The notes: generated by a model from the letters alone, not told the origin. Counted from the stretch's first letter, positions 51,532-61,244 are shown. The stretch: 64,000 bases of DNA from a bacterium (GCA_965213625.1 CBDBZU010000004.1:1920001-1984000); one strand, 5' to 3'. Numbers and translations: made by a program.

Positions 51532-52341
51532 TCACCACCCGGCGAGCCTGGAGATCGCGGGCGCGTCCTCGATGACCTCCACTTCCTCCCGGGAGAGCCT
51601 CTTGAAGGCGAGGCACATCGCCACCTCCTCCCAGGAGTCGAGGGGTCCGTGCTCTGCGCCCGTATTGAGTTCCACCACGGTGAACCGCGCCGGAAAGACC
51701 GGCATCCCCCTGTGCTCGCCGGAGGAGTGGTATGATCGTCGTGCGCACGGTGCGCACCTCGATGCTCCTTGTGTGTCGGATGAGCAGTCCACGCAGATCT
51801 CGCGGGCGCGTCTTTCGCGATAGCGCGCCCGGCTCGCGGCGTTCTTCCGCGGTCGGCGTTTCACGTCCCTTGCGGCGCACGAGGCGCACGTCGAAGCCCC
51901 CGCGAGGACCTCTCCTCCGCATCTTCGGCAAAGTCCCCCGGCGCGCCTTTTTTCATAAAGCTTCTTCTCCGCCGCGCGGCGCGAATCCTTGCAATTTTCG
52001 CAGACGGTGGCGCCCTCGGCGGGTTCTCGTTCGCCGCAAGTCGTGCAGAGCCCGGCTTCGAGACGATCGTCCCGGCGCTTCCTCGCCCTCACACGCGCCA
52101 TGCGGCGGCGGCTCTCTGGAGAGCGTCCTCCGTATCGAGCCCCCTCTCCCCGGGCTTTGGCGTACCGGGCGCGTTCGGCGGCCCGGTTTCTCGCGAGGCA
52201 GGATTCGCAGTGGCTTCGCCCGGGTGCGGGATAATCCCGGCCGCATTTTGGACATAAATTCCGCGCGCGGCGTTCGTCCGCTCTCCGCCTGTGGCGTTTG
52301 CGATCATAAGCGCGTCGCTTCTCCGGGTCCTTATGGGGCAT
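51532..52341 (-). CDS. Arg-rich protein with four tandem CxxC...CxxC zinc-ribbon repeats
   Basis: CPKC..CESC, CTTC..CENC, CRRC..CASC, CVDC..CAPC; AGGAGG RBS. Confidence 0.7.
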   Translation of the reverse strand: MPHKDPEKRRAYDRKRHRRRADERRARNLCPKCGRDYPAPGRSHCESCLARNRAAERARYAKARGEGARYGGRSPESRRRMARVRARKRRDDRLEAGLCTTCGEREPAEGATVCENCKDSRRAAEKKLYEKRRAGGLCRRCGGEVLAGASTCASCAARDVKRRPRKNAASRARYRERRAREICVDCSSDTQGASRCAPCARRSYHSSGEHRGMPVFPARFTVVELNTGAEHGPLDSWEEVAMCLAFKRLSREEVEVIEDAPAISRLAGW

Positions 52342-52426
52342 GGTTTCCCTCCTTTTGGCGACTGGAGTCCGCACGGACGGCAGTGGCGAGATGTCTTGCG
52401 GGCGGAAATGCTTCCCAGGAGGGACT

Positions 52427-52729
52427 TCATCCCCTGCTCATCATCCGGCCCCAGACGAGGTGTTCGCCCCAGAGCTGCAGTCCGCTCCCGGGGACCTTGA
52501 TCCCCGTACAGACGATGAGCTCGTCACGTGCGGGACGCATCTCCCGGACCGCCCGGCGCGAGGCCGTCACGCGTTTTCTTCTGGGCTTCCCGCTCTCAGG
52601 AGAGGGCGCGGGCCTGATGTCGCCCTCTCCCGTGGCTTTATAGCGCTTGACTTCGTATCGCTCGTCCGCCAGGCCAGGGCCCAGGAGATGGGTGAGAAAG
52701 GTGTTCGCTTCGGGTTTCGGTTTACGCAT
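52427..52729 (-). CDS. Hypothetical protein
   Basis: AAGGAGG RBS before MRKPKPEANTFL. Confidence 0.4.
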   Translation of the reverse strand: MRKPKPEANTFLTHLLGPGLADERYEVKRYKATGEGDIRPAPSPESGKPRRKRVTASRRAVREMRPARDELIVCTGIKVPGSGLQLWGEHLVWGRMMSRG

Positions 52730-53127
52730 CGCGCCGCCTCCTTGTACGGGTGGGTGATGGCGGCGGAAGTGAACCTCGACCGGGAGAGCCTCCCTCCCGG
52801 ACCTTTCCGCCGCCCCCTCCCGGCCCGGCTCCGCCTCCCGGCGGGGCGGGGCGCGCCTGTGGAGGAAGAGAGGGATGCGGCTCGTATTCGCGCATTTTTT
52901 GTCGAATTTTTTTATCAAACCCCGGCGCGTGGAATGGTGGTCGTGAGCGCGTACGGCGGCAAGGCGCAGGAAATCCGCTACAAAATTTCCTTGCACGCGG
53001 ATTGATTTCGGATAATATGGGCGTCCGTGTAGAGGACCGGACGCCGCGGCGAACAAGCAGGGGGGTAGGCCGGGATACGGGGCGCGTGCCGCCGCATGAG
53101 CGGGAGAGAGCGGAGTTCATCGCGCGC

Positions 53128-53475
53128 TCAGGCGATGGGGCCGTGACCGTAGGGATAATCGTCGTCGTATATCTCGCCCTCCTCAAAATCCCTTCGCCAG
53201 GAGTAACGCCCCGTGCGGGTCTCCCAATCGAAGCGATCCTCGTCTTTCTCGGGGAGGGTGTAGGCGGTGAAGGCGGACCGGTCGCCGCGGTACGCCCGCC
53301 ACAGGGCGCCCGAGAGTGCTGTGAGGAATACCCAGAGCGCGGCGAGGAGCCAGGCCGCGGAGATGAAGCGGACGCCCATCCCGCCGCTTATGGCGATAAG
53401 GGTGAAGAGCAGCGCGAGAGCGGGTCCCGCCAGGACGAACAAGTGCGCCGCAGCGGATGGTTTCGGGTTTTTCAT
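53128..53475 (-). CDS. Hypothetical two-TM protein with an acidic tail
   Basis: GGAGGA RBS; MKNPKPSAAAHLFVLAG... Confidence 0.55.
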   Translation of the reverse strand: MKNPKPSAAAHLFVLAGPALALLFTLIAISGGMGVRFISAAWLLAALWVFLTALSGALWRAYRGDRSAFTAYTLPEKDEDRFDWETRTGRYSWRRDFEEGEIYDDDYPYGHGPIA

Positions 53476-53736
53476 GGAAAATCCTCCCGGGTCGTGGGTC
53501 GATGGCGGAGGGGCGCGGCGGCCTCTCTCCACCCCGCGCCCTCGGCCCCGGGCTTCTCTCCCCGGCCTCCACCTCTCGCCGGCGGGCGGCGGGATGACGG
53601 CGACTCGGCGCGGCCTCATCGGGGAGGTTCCGGTGGTTTCGCCCGGCCGGCGGCGTTGTCCGGCGGCGCGGCTCGCAGGCGCGTGATTCGAACCCTCCGG
53701 GGAGAAGCGGGCGAAAATATCGAGAGGAGACGCGGG

Positions 53737-54078
53737 ATGGCGAAACAGGCGAAACGAAAGGAAACGGCGCTACGGGCGGCGATGAAAAAATCCGAACTGC
53801 TGGGTGCACTGTCCGATTCGACGGGGCTTCACAAAAAAGACGTGGCCCTGGTGCTCGATGAACTCGGAACTCTCATTGCGCGTCACCTCAAAAGACGCGC
53901 CGTGGGCGTATTCACGCTTCCGGGCCTTTTGAAGATCGAAGTCGCGCGCAAGCCGGCGAGAAAGGCGCGCCGGATGATCCTGCCCTTCAGCGGCGAGGAG
54001 ATCAGCGTGCCCGCGAAGCCCGCCTCGCGGACGGTCCGCCTCCGGCCGCTCACGGGGCTCAGGCGCATGGCGGAATAG
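53737..54078 (+). CDS. HU-family DNA-binding protein
   Basis: MKKSELLGALSDSTGLHKKDV...FTLPGLLKIEV..KPAR...EEISVPAKPAS. Confidence 0.85.
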   Translation: MAKQAKRKETALRAAMKKSELLGALSDSTGLHKKDVALVLDELGTLIARHLKRRAVGVFTLPGLLKIEVARKPARKARRMILPFSGEEISVPAKPASRTVRLRPLTGLRRMAE

Positions 54079-54269
54079 AGAGCGATTCACCGGCCGGAGG
54101 GCGCCGATGCGCCCTCATCGCTTCCCGGCAAGGTCCGGACGATGGCGGTGGCCGCTCCCGTGCGGGGCGGCGCCCGGGGTTCAGGCGCCATCATTCGGAA
54201 GGAAGGGGAAGATGCGGAAACCGGGCATCCCGGTTGCAATCCGAACGGCGTTGCCGTACATATGGATAC

Positions 54270-54560
54270 ATGATCATTCGTTCTGTTCGTCATCGGGGAC
54301 TGCGTCGCCTGCTTGAAAATGATTCTTCCCGATTCCTGCGTCAGGATTTGGTGGACAGGGCGCGAAACATCATGACGGCGCTGATTCTTGCCGAAGACAT
54401 GGACGGGTTCATCGCCGAAGCGCCTCCCGGTTGGCGCATACACCGGCTTGGGGGAGCGCGTCGGGGCGTGTGGAGCGTTGCGGTGTCCGGCAACTGGCGA
54501 ATCACTTTTTCCGAAGAAGACGGCCGCCTAGACCATCTCAATCTGGAGGATTACCACTGA
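54270..54560 (+). CDS. higB: HigB-family (RelE-like) toxin
   Basis: MIIRSVRHRGLRRL...WSVAVSGNWRITF...LNLEDYH. Confidence 0.9.
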   Translation: MIIRSVRHRGLRRLLENDSSRFLRQDLVDRARNIMTALILAEDMDGFIAEAPPGWRIHRLGGARRGVWSVAVSGNWRITFSEEDGRLDHLNLEDYH

Positions 54561-54865
54561 TGGCGAGAGACGGTATCGAGGTGCGCATGACCCCGTCGCA
54601 TCCCGGAAGGTTCATACGCACGGAGGTGCTCGAAACGCTGGGCTTGAGCGTGACGAGGAGCGCCGAGATTCTCGGTGTTCGCCGGGCGACGCTTTCGGCC
54701 CTGCTGAACGGCAACGCGTCGCTGTCGCCGGAGATGGCGCTACGTATCGAGCAGGCTTTCGGCGTAAGCATGGACATGTTGTTGCGGATGCAGGCCTGGT
54801 GCGACGCCTCGCGCATGCGGGTGCGGGCGGGCGAGATAAACGTGAAGCGTTATCACCCCGCATAG
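54560..54865 (+). CDS. higA: HigA antitoxin
   Basis: PSHPGRFIRTEVL...LSPEMALRIEQAFG...LLRMQ. Confidence 0.9.
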   Translation: MARDGIEVRMTPSHPGRFIRTEVLETLGLSVTRSAEILGVRRATLSALLNGNASLSPEMALRIEQAFGVSMDMLLRMQAWCDASRMRVRAGEINVKRYHPA

Positions 54866-55008
54866 CCTGCGGAAGCGCGGGAGTGAATGGTTTTCCGGAC
54901 CCGGTCGCGCATCATGCGGATATGAGAACTGGCGTCGATTCTCCGGGGAGCGAGTGAGCGCGAGAAGCCTTGCGTATCAGGGAGGTCGGAAGGACGCGGC
55001 CCGCGCCG

Positions 55009-56214
55009 CTACGGGGCGTGTTCTGAATCGAGAGCCCGCCTCCAGTCATCCTCCAATATGTCGTCGGCGATGCTCGCGGCGACGCGCTCGGCCGACTCGC
55101 GCACCGACTCGCGCGCGAGGTGCGCGTAGCGCGACGTGGTCTTGATCTGGGAGTGCCCCAGGAGTTTTCCGATCATCGTGAGGCTCTCGCCCAGGGCCAG
55201 GGCGCGCGAGGCGTAGGAATGCCTGAGGTCGTGGATCCGCACGTTCTCAAGACCAGCGCGCGAGCAGACGCTCTTCCAGATATGGTTGATGGAGCCGAGG
55301 TGCTCGCCGGGGTTCCTGGCAGGAAACACCCACGGGCTCCCGGGCGTCCTGGGCAGGGCGGAGAGGAGCTTGAGCGCCGGCGGCGATAAGGATACCACCC
55401 GTGCGCCCGTCTTGGCGTCGGGCAACCTGAATTCACGAGCCTCAAGCGAGACGTTCTCCCAGCGGAGCGAGAGTATCTCGCTCTTCCGGCACCCGGTCAG
55501 CATCAGAAGGCGGATGGCCGCCACCGCTCCCGCCGAACCGCGCCTGTTTTGGGCCTCCTCCAGGATGCGCCCCAGGCGGGTGTACTCCTTATCGGTCAGG
55601 AAGCGTTCGCGCTTGCGGTCGGGATACTTCACGATGGCGCGGCACGGGTTGCATTCCCCGGGGACCATGCCCCAGCCCTCGCCCAGCCTGTACATCAGCT
55701 TCAGGGTGCGGATCACCATGTTCGCCATGCAGGGTGTCCTGCCCAGCCGCTGGTGCAACTCCACGACCTGCGCGCGCTTGAGCGCCGCAAGCGGCGCCCT
55801 GCCCAGGGCCGGGAGGATGTGCTTGTACACCACCGCGCGGGCGAGATCCCCGGTGCTCGGCTTGCAGCGGACCGCCACGTGCTCCTCCATGTAGCGCCTC
55901 GCGAGATCGGCCACCGTGGGGTCTCCCGCGGGCTTCGCCGGTCTGGACGCTACTTCCTCGCCCGCCTTCACCCGCGCGATGACCGAGGCCGCGCGCTTCC
56001 TCGCCTCATCCGCGTTGATCACCCCGTGCCGACCCACCGTCACGCGCCTGGGACCCTTCGGCCCCCGGACCTGGGCGACGTAGACCTTGCTCCCCGTGGG
56101 GTAGACACGCACACCGAAGCCCGTGAGGTCGCGATCCCAGAAAACAGAGTCTTTTTCGACGACAAGCTTCTCCACCATGCGGTTCGAGAGCGTCCCGCCC
56201 TGCAGCTTCGCCAT
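55009..56214 (-). CDS. Tyrosine integrase A (arm-binding DUF4102-type N-terminus)
   Basis: FWDRDLTGFGVRV; TGCRKSE, DAKTG, HDLRHS and LGH..TTSRYAH all intact. Confidence 0.93.
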   Translation of the reverse strand: MAKLQGGTLSNRMVEKLVVEKDSVFWDRDLTGFGVRVYPTGSKVYVAQVRGPKGPRRVTVGRHGVINADEARKRAASVIARVKAGEEVASRPAKPAGDPTVADLARRYMEEHVAVRCKPSTGDLARAVVYKHILPALGRAPLAALKRAQVVELHQRLGRTPCMANMVIRTLKLMYRLGEGWGMVPGECNPCRAIVKYPDRKRERFLTDKEYTRLGRILEEAQNRRGSAGAVAAIRLLMLTGCRKSEILSLRWENVSLEAREFRLPDAKTGARVVSLSPPALKLLSALPRTPGSPWVFPARNPGEHLGSINHIWKSVCSRAGLENVRIHDLRHSYASRALALGESLTMIGKLLGHSQIKTTSRYAHLARESVRESAERVAASIADDILEDDWRRALDSEHAP

Positions 56215-56230
56215 CTCCGGTGCCTCCCCG

Positions 56231-57412
56231 TTATTCCGCCCGGGCTTCCGTGGCCCGTGGCTCCAGATGGACCCCAATGCTCTCCCCCACCCGGGCGGCC
56301 GCCGTCTTCTCCGCCTCGCGCATCAGGTGCGCGTAGCGCGCCGTCGTCGATATCCCTGCGTGTCCGAGCAGCTTCGCTATTGTGGGCAGCCCCTCGCCCA
56401 GCGCGAGCGCCCGGCTGGCGTAGGAGTGTCTCAGGTCGTGGACCCTTACGTCTTCGAGTCCCGCGCGCGCCCGCACCCGCCGCCAGACCAGTTCGAAGTA
56501 GGGCTTGTGGCTCCTCCCTTCCCGCCCGGGGAACACGCGGGCTTCCCCCGGCGTGCGCGGGACTTGACCGAGCACCACGAGTGCGGGAACCGTCAGGTGG
56601 ACCATGCGTGGCCCCGACTTCGCGTCCCTGAGCCTGAGCTCCCCCGCCGTGAGGTCCACGTCGTCCCAGCTGAGTTCCAGAATCTCGCATTTCCTGCACC
56701 CGGTCAGCATCACGAGGCGGAGCGCCGCAATCGTGGACGGCCGGGCCGACCCCTCCGCCTCCGCTTCGCGCAGCGCACGGCCCAGGCGGCGGAACTCCTC
56801 GGGCGTCAGAAAACGTTCGCGGGGGCGCCTTCGGTAGCGGCGCACCGCCCGACAAGGATTGCTCCCGGGCGGTATGAGGTCCCACGCCTCGGCCAGCACG
56901 TACATTCTAGAGAGCACGTCGACCGCTATGTCGGCCGCCTTGGGCGTCTCGCGCATGCGGTGGTGCATGGCCATGACGTCGCCTCCCGTGACCTCGCCGA
57001 TCCCCATCTCGCCAAAAGTCGGCAGGACGTGCTTCTCCAGCGTGCCTCCGTACGAAACGGCGGTGATCGGTTTGCAGTGCGCCGATACGTGGACGCGCAT
57101 GAAGCGCTCCGCCAGCCCCGCCACGGTGAGCTCCGCATCTGGTGCGGGGTTCTCCCCCCGCTTGATGCGGTCGATGAGGGCGGCGGCAAGCTTGCGCGCC
57201 TCGTCGCACGATATATCCCCGTGACGGCCCAGCGTCTTGCGATTCAGCCCGCCCGGCCCCCTCGACTGCACCACGTAGACCTTCCGACCCGTGGGATAGA
57301 CGCGCACACCGAAACCGGCCAGATCCCTGTCCCAGAAGACCACGTCCTTCCCCTCGACTTTGAGCGCGTCGACGGCGCGCTTCGTGAGCCTGCTCTTGCT
57401 TCTTTTCGGCAT
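56231..57412 (-). CDS. Tyrosine integrase B (paralog of A)
   Basis: FWDRDLAGFGVRV; TGCRKCE, DAKSG, HDLRHS and LGH..TTARYAH all intact. Confidence 0.93.
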   Translation of the reverse strand: MPKRSKSRLTKRAVDALKVEGKDVVFWDRDLAGFGVRVYPTGRKVYVVQSRGPGGLNRKTLGRHGDISCDEARKLAAALIDRIKRGENPAPDAELTVAGLAERFMRVHVSAHCKPITAVSYGGTLEKHVLPTFGEMGIGEVTGGDVMAMHHRMRETPKAADIAVDVLSRMYVLAEAWDLIPPGSNPCRAVRRYRRRPRERFLTPEEFRRLGRALREAEAEGSARPSTIAALRLVMLTGCRKCEILELSWDDVDLTAGELRLRDAKSGPRMVHLTVPALVVLGQVPRTPGEARVFPGREGRSHKPYFELVWRRVRARAGLEDVRVHDLRHSYASRALALGEGLPTIAKLLGHAGISTTARYAHLMREAEKTAAARVGESIGVHLEPRATEARAE

Positions 57413-57578
57413 GGTTCCTCCCCTGAAACCGTGATCAAATCGTAAACGCGCGGCATCAAACAGGCGCGTATTGGAGCACACGCCTGACGAGGTTGCAAGC
57501 ACCGGGGAAGGTGGAGATAGAGTTAAACATGAATTAAATCAGTTATTTATCGTATCAGAGCGCGTTCTGTGGGGTGAC

Positions 57579-57590
57579 TGGCGGGGAGAG
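57579..57590 (-). other. Candidate att core resembling a tRNA 3' end (CTCTCCCCGCCA)
   Basis: 12-mer ending in CCA, ~170 bp upstream of integrase B and beyond an IHF-like AT tract (57537-57549); no tRNA body follows. Confidence 0.4.
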
Positions 57591-57725
57591 AAATTTTAAC
57601 GTGTACTTGCCGGCTTTCTCCGAGTAACCTCCTTTCCTTGGCTTTATTTGGGCCGTTAAACCTGGTTGTGTGTTTTCATGGTGGACCGGAGAGCGGGAGC
57701 TTCTCGGGCTCGCCGTCCGGGCCGA

Positions 57726-57843
57726 TTCAAAACACCATTCAGGAGGAGTGCTCTTCAGGTGGGTTTCCCGCCTGTCGGAGGGTGGGTCTTTTTTTTTCCG
57801 CCGTCACCTGGTGGTGACCGCTCCTCGTGAACCGTGTCGCAAA
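57726..57843 (-). ncRNA. Structured element, degenerate copy B
   Basis: TTTGCGACAC..TTCACGAGGAG...AGGCGGGAAACCCACCTGAAGA..CTCCTCCTGAA.GGTGTTTTGAA. Confidence 0.4.
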
Positions 57844-57991
57844 CTCGGGTCAATCAAGTATTTCAGCGCAATTGCGCTTCGTCCGGTGCTTCTCCTCTCT
57901 TCTTTTATATATACGGGCAGTGACTTAGCCGTTTTGTGATCGCATTCGGCAGCGCCGGAGGGCGAACCCCAGTCGACTCGCAGTCCGGGCT

Positions 57992-58123
57992 GGTTGCGAC
58001 ACAATCCACGAGGTATAGGTTCTTGAGGTGGGTTCCCGCCTATTTCGCTCCCCCAGGAGGGGACCGTTTTGTATTCAGCGGGCAGCCCGAAGTCGACTGC
58101 ACCTCATGGAGTGTGTCGCAACC
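57992..58123 (-). ncRNA. Structured element, copy A, directly behind a promoter-like sequence
   Basis: Closing stem GGTTGCGACACA.TCCATGAGGT/ACCTCGTGGA.TGTGTCGCAACC enclosing three small hairpins. Confidence 0.5.
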
Positions 58124-58125
58124 TC

Positions 58126-58169
58126 GATATTGCTACACCCTTTTGGGTTTTGTCAAGGTGATTTTCTCG
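58126..58169 (-). promoter_or_regulatory. Promoter-like repeat (also 31516-31560)
   Basis: TTGACA followed by TGTAGCAAT, a few nt before copy A. Confidence 0.55.
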
Positions 58170-58345
58170 CCGTAATCGACCTTTTGTGAAAGGCCGCCTC
58201 GTGGTTGGCGAACAGCCGAAGCCTCATCACCTCGCGGATTGTGTCGCACGAATCCATCTTGGGGGAATTGTGAAGATTTTGTCAAGACGAAGTTTTTGGT
58301 CAGTTCCGACCGGGGAAGGAGGAACTGCGGGCGAGGAGGGGGTTT

Positions 58346-58540
58346 GTAGGGACAGGCCTCCGTGCCTGTCCTCATGGCAACCATCCTGAAAAAGGACAGG
58401 CGCGGAGGCCTCGGACAGGTCGCGACCTGTCCCTACGGATTCGTTTCGCGATGGATTTGCAGGTCGGACATATATTTCCGACATATATGCGGCTCACATG
58501 CCGCAAACCAGACGGGCCGCAAAGATGCGGCCCCTACACG
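58346..58540. repeat. GTAG-type REP cluster left of the RAYT
   Basis: GTAGGGACAGGC..GCCTGTCC, GGACAGGTCGCGACCTGTCCCTAC and GTCGGACATATATTTCCGAC. Confidence 0.75.
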
Positions 58541-58565
58541 CGTATGTTGTATGAGGGGGACGTCC

Positions 58566-59099
58566 TTACAGGCGGGTTGCGGTGTTGTACCTGTCGAACG
58601 CCCATTTGAGGGGATTGTTGCGGATGTATTCCCGGATGCGGTTCAGATTTTCTTCGTTGCGGATAATGTGGTCGTAAAACGAGCGTTGCCACCCGAAAGC
58701 GTTCTTGCTCCGGCGTTTTCGCACTTTTCGGGTTACGGATGATTTGAACCCCTGAATGATTTTCGGCAAAACCATTTTCGAGCGGTCGATGTTTTGTCGT
58801 TTCGATTGTAGGGGACGCATATATGCGTCCCGCTCGGGGTTGTTATCCCCAACGATAATCACGATCCCGTGTATATGATTCGGCATCACGACGTAATCAT
58901 CGATGTCCGTATTCGGAAAATGACCGGGGATTGCCAGCCAACATTCTTGCGCAATCATTCCGGTTGCATTCAACTGCATTTTCTCGTCCAAGATCTCGCC
59001 GAAGCAACGGGTGTGATTCCGCGTGCAGATTGTGACGAAATAGTATCCTTGCCGAGAATAATCACGTTCTTGAAGTCTGTTTTCCTTTCTGGATTTCAT
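58566..59099 (-). CDS. REP-associated tyrosine transposase (RAYT, Y1 HUH)
   Basis: YFVTICTRN, VVMPNHIHG, WQRSFYDHIIR and YIRNNP motifs. Confidence 0.9.
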   Translation of the reverse strand: MKSRKENRLQERDYSRQGYYFVTICTRNHTRCFGEILDEKMQLNATGMIAQECWLAIPGHFPNTDIDDYVVMPNHIHGIVIIVGDNNPERDAYMRPLQSKRQNIDRSKMVLPKIIQGFKSSVTRKVRKRRSKNAFGWQRSFYDHIIRNEENLNRIREYIRNNPLKWAFDRYNTATRL

Positions 59100-59169
59100 T
59101 TCTCAAAAATAATCCCTTACTGTGAACCCGTTCGGCGGCGCTATTGTTTACATCATATAGAAACCTGGA

Positions 59170-59440
59170 ACCGGACGCATGTATGTGACCGTAGCCGGAC
59201 AGTCCCACGTGCCTGTGCGGCCTCTGCGCCTGTCCCTACGAAAAACCCAAACCCTCATTCATCAATCGGTCTGAATCAATTCCCCCATGGCCGGGATGTC
59301 AATACGCGTGTAGGTCGGACATATATGTCCGACATACATGCGGCCCTGATTATTATGTCCAAGAGGCGGGTCGCATATATGCGACCCCTACACAGGCGTG
59401 GCGATCTTACTATAGGGTCTGACATATATGCGTGGGACAA
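59170..59440. repeat. REP cluster right of the RAYT
   Basis: GTAGGTCGGACATATATGTCCGAC, GGGTCGCATATATGCGACCCCTAC and CCTGTCCCTAC. Confidence 0.75.
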
Positions 59441-59460
59441 TCCAGAGGAGGAATTGTCCC

Positions 59461-60486
59461 CTACGCATCATACGCCCCGTGCACCGCCCGGCTCGCCCCG
59501 TTCCAGCCGGGCATCACCGCGCCGAGCGGCCCGTTGCCGCCCGCGACGATGAGGTGCAAATCTTCCGGCTCGTTCACGGCGCGGATGAAGAAATCGTCGT
59601 TATCCCGCTCCACCGGGTACTCCCACCGCCCGTTCGGCCTGTCCGCCCGCCAGGGGCCGCCGCGCTTGAGCTCGCCCACCTTGCGCCCCGCGTTCTCGCA
59701 AACGTACGCGTGCACGTCCGCGCGCGAATATCCCGCCCGCCCGCAAAGCCGCGCGTGTTCTGGGGACAAGACGAGCACGGTGTCCGACCGCACCCAGATG
59801 GGCCACGAACCCATCGCCGCCATGTTGTCCATGTGGGAGACGAGCAGGCGCTTTGGGTCGCGGTCCACGTCGTTGAAGATGATGTGGGGGTTCTCCACCA
59901 TGACGGCGGTAATGACGTCCTCCTCCGCCCGGTAGCCGCGCGAGACGGCCAGCGACTCCCAGGGGCTCTCCTCCTCGTTCTCCGCCACGCAGAAGGTGAA
60001 GCGCGACGGCTGGCTGTAGATGCTCATGCACGCCACGCGCGCGATTCCGCCCCCCAGGTTCAGCAGCAGGAGCCTGACCGCGCGGCCGATGGTGGCGTTC
60101 GCCCGGAAGCCTGGGCCGAAGCAGCCCTGGCCCCCCGTGACGCCAATCTTCTTCGCATACGGGCCGTTCACGATGAGGAGCGGCGCCACGCTGTGCATGG
60201 TGGCTTGCACCCCGCGCAGGTTGAGCGGTTCCTCGACGATGAGCTCGAGCGCCGCGATGACGACGGGGAGGTATTCCGGCTTGCAGCCCGCCATCACGGC
60301 GTGGGTGGCGACGTCGCGCACCGTGGCGACCGCGTCCAGCGGCGGGACGGGCGTCACCACCGCATCGGGCGAGCGCTTCGTCCCCGCCAGCATGCGCTCG
60401 ATGCGCGCTTCCGTCGGCGTCACGACGGGCAGGCCGTCCGACCAGGGTTTCTCCAGAAAAAATTCGAATTCATCCATCTCGTTCAT
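59461..60486 (-). CDS. UGSC-associated conserved protein
   Basis: WSDGLPVVTPT, AVMAGCKPEYLPVVIAA, GFRANATIGRAVRL and CVAENEEESPW motifs. Confidence 0.75.
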   Translation of the reverse strand: MNEMDEFEFFLEKPWSDGLPVVTPTEARIERMLAGTKRSPDAVVTPVPPLDAVATVRDVATHAVMAGCKPEYLPVVIAALELIVEEPLNLRGVQATMHSVAPLLIVNGPYAKKIGVTGGQGCFGPGFRANATIGRAVRLLLLNLGGGIARVACMSIYSQPSRFTFCVAENEEESPWESLAVSRGYRAEEDVITAVMVENPHIIFNDVDRDPKRLLVSHMDNMAAMGSWPIWVRSDTVLVLSPEHARLCGRAGYSRADVHAYVCENAGRKVGELKRGGPWRADRPNGRWEYPVERDNDDFFIRAVNEPEDLHLIVAGGNGPLGAVMPGWNGASRAVHGAYDA

Positions 60487-60581
60487 GGGAGGCTCTCCGG
60501 TGTTGGGTTTATGGCGAAAGGGTCCGGCGGTTTGCGATATTAGGAGCCTATCACGCCGGGCGTTGCCGATCATGGGGCGTG

Positions 60582-60685
60582 CGTAGCGAACAGGCCCTTG
60601 CGCCTGTCCGGCCTCCGTGCCTGTCCGCCGACCTTGTAGCGGACAAGCCCCTGCGCCTGTCCGTGGTCGCGACCTGTGCCTACGG
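60582..60685. repeat. REP cluster
   Basis: GTAGCGAACAGGC..GCCTGTCC, GTAGCGGACAAGC..GCCTGTCC and GGTCGCGACCTGTGCCTAC. Confidence 0.7.
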
Positions 60686-60705
60686 AAACAGAAGCCGACC
60701 CCCCA

Positions 60706-61092
60706 TCACTCCGCCTTGTTCTTCTCAATCGCGCTCTTCGCCGCCGCGAGGGCGTGGTTCGTTTTCGGAAAGCCGATGTAGGGCGCGAGCGACACGATGG
60801 CCTCAATCAGCTCCTCGGGACGCAAGCCCTGGTTCAGCACCCCGCGCGAGTGAATCTCCACCTCGCCGTAGAGGTCCTGCGCGGCGGCGGCGGCGACGAT
60901 GAGCATCTCGCGCGTCTTGTTGTCGAGGAGCGGCTGGCTCCAGCAGGTGCCGAAGACGTATTCCACGATGGCGCGCGTGTGCGTGGGCGTGAGTTCGTTC
61001 ATCTCGGTGAACGTGCCCGCGAGGCCGTCCTCCCCGTAGATGCCGAGTTTTTTCCGGATGGCCAGGCCTCGTTCGTAGCGTTCCTCGTTCAT
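60706..61092 (-). CDS. Carboxymuconolactone decarboxylase-family protein
   Basis: YERGLAIR...YVFGTCWSQPLLDNKTREM...APYIGFP. Confidence 0.85.
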   Translation of the reverse strand: MNEERYERGLAIRKKLGIYGEDGLAGTFTEMNELTPTHTRAIVEYVFGTCWSQPLLDNKTREMLIVAAAAAQDLYGEVEIHSRGVLNQGLRPEELIEAIVSLAPYIGFPKTNHALAAAKSAIEKNKAE

Positions 61093-61244
61093 GTGGTTCT
61101 CCTTTGGATGTGGGAATGCGTACCTTATATAGAGGCGGATGATGAATTGATTTTCAAAACCATTCCCCCTTGAGGGTCATACGCGAGTGAGGTGGGTCTG
61201 TTAAAAAAGACCTTGTTTTCTCCCGATCGGTGACATGATGATTC

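Noticed and set aside
52750-53736. N-terminal extension making the HU gene 442 aa
   Set aside because: The RBS and HU fold begin at 53737; the upstream part overlaps a better minus-strand gene.
57560-57680. tRNA gene next to the integrases
   Set aside because: Only a 12-nt 3'-end-like motif; no T-loop or cloverleaf in the adjacent sequence.
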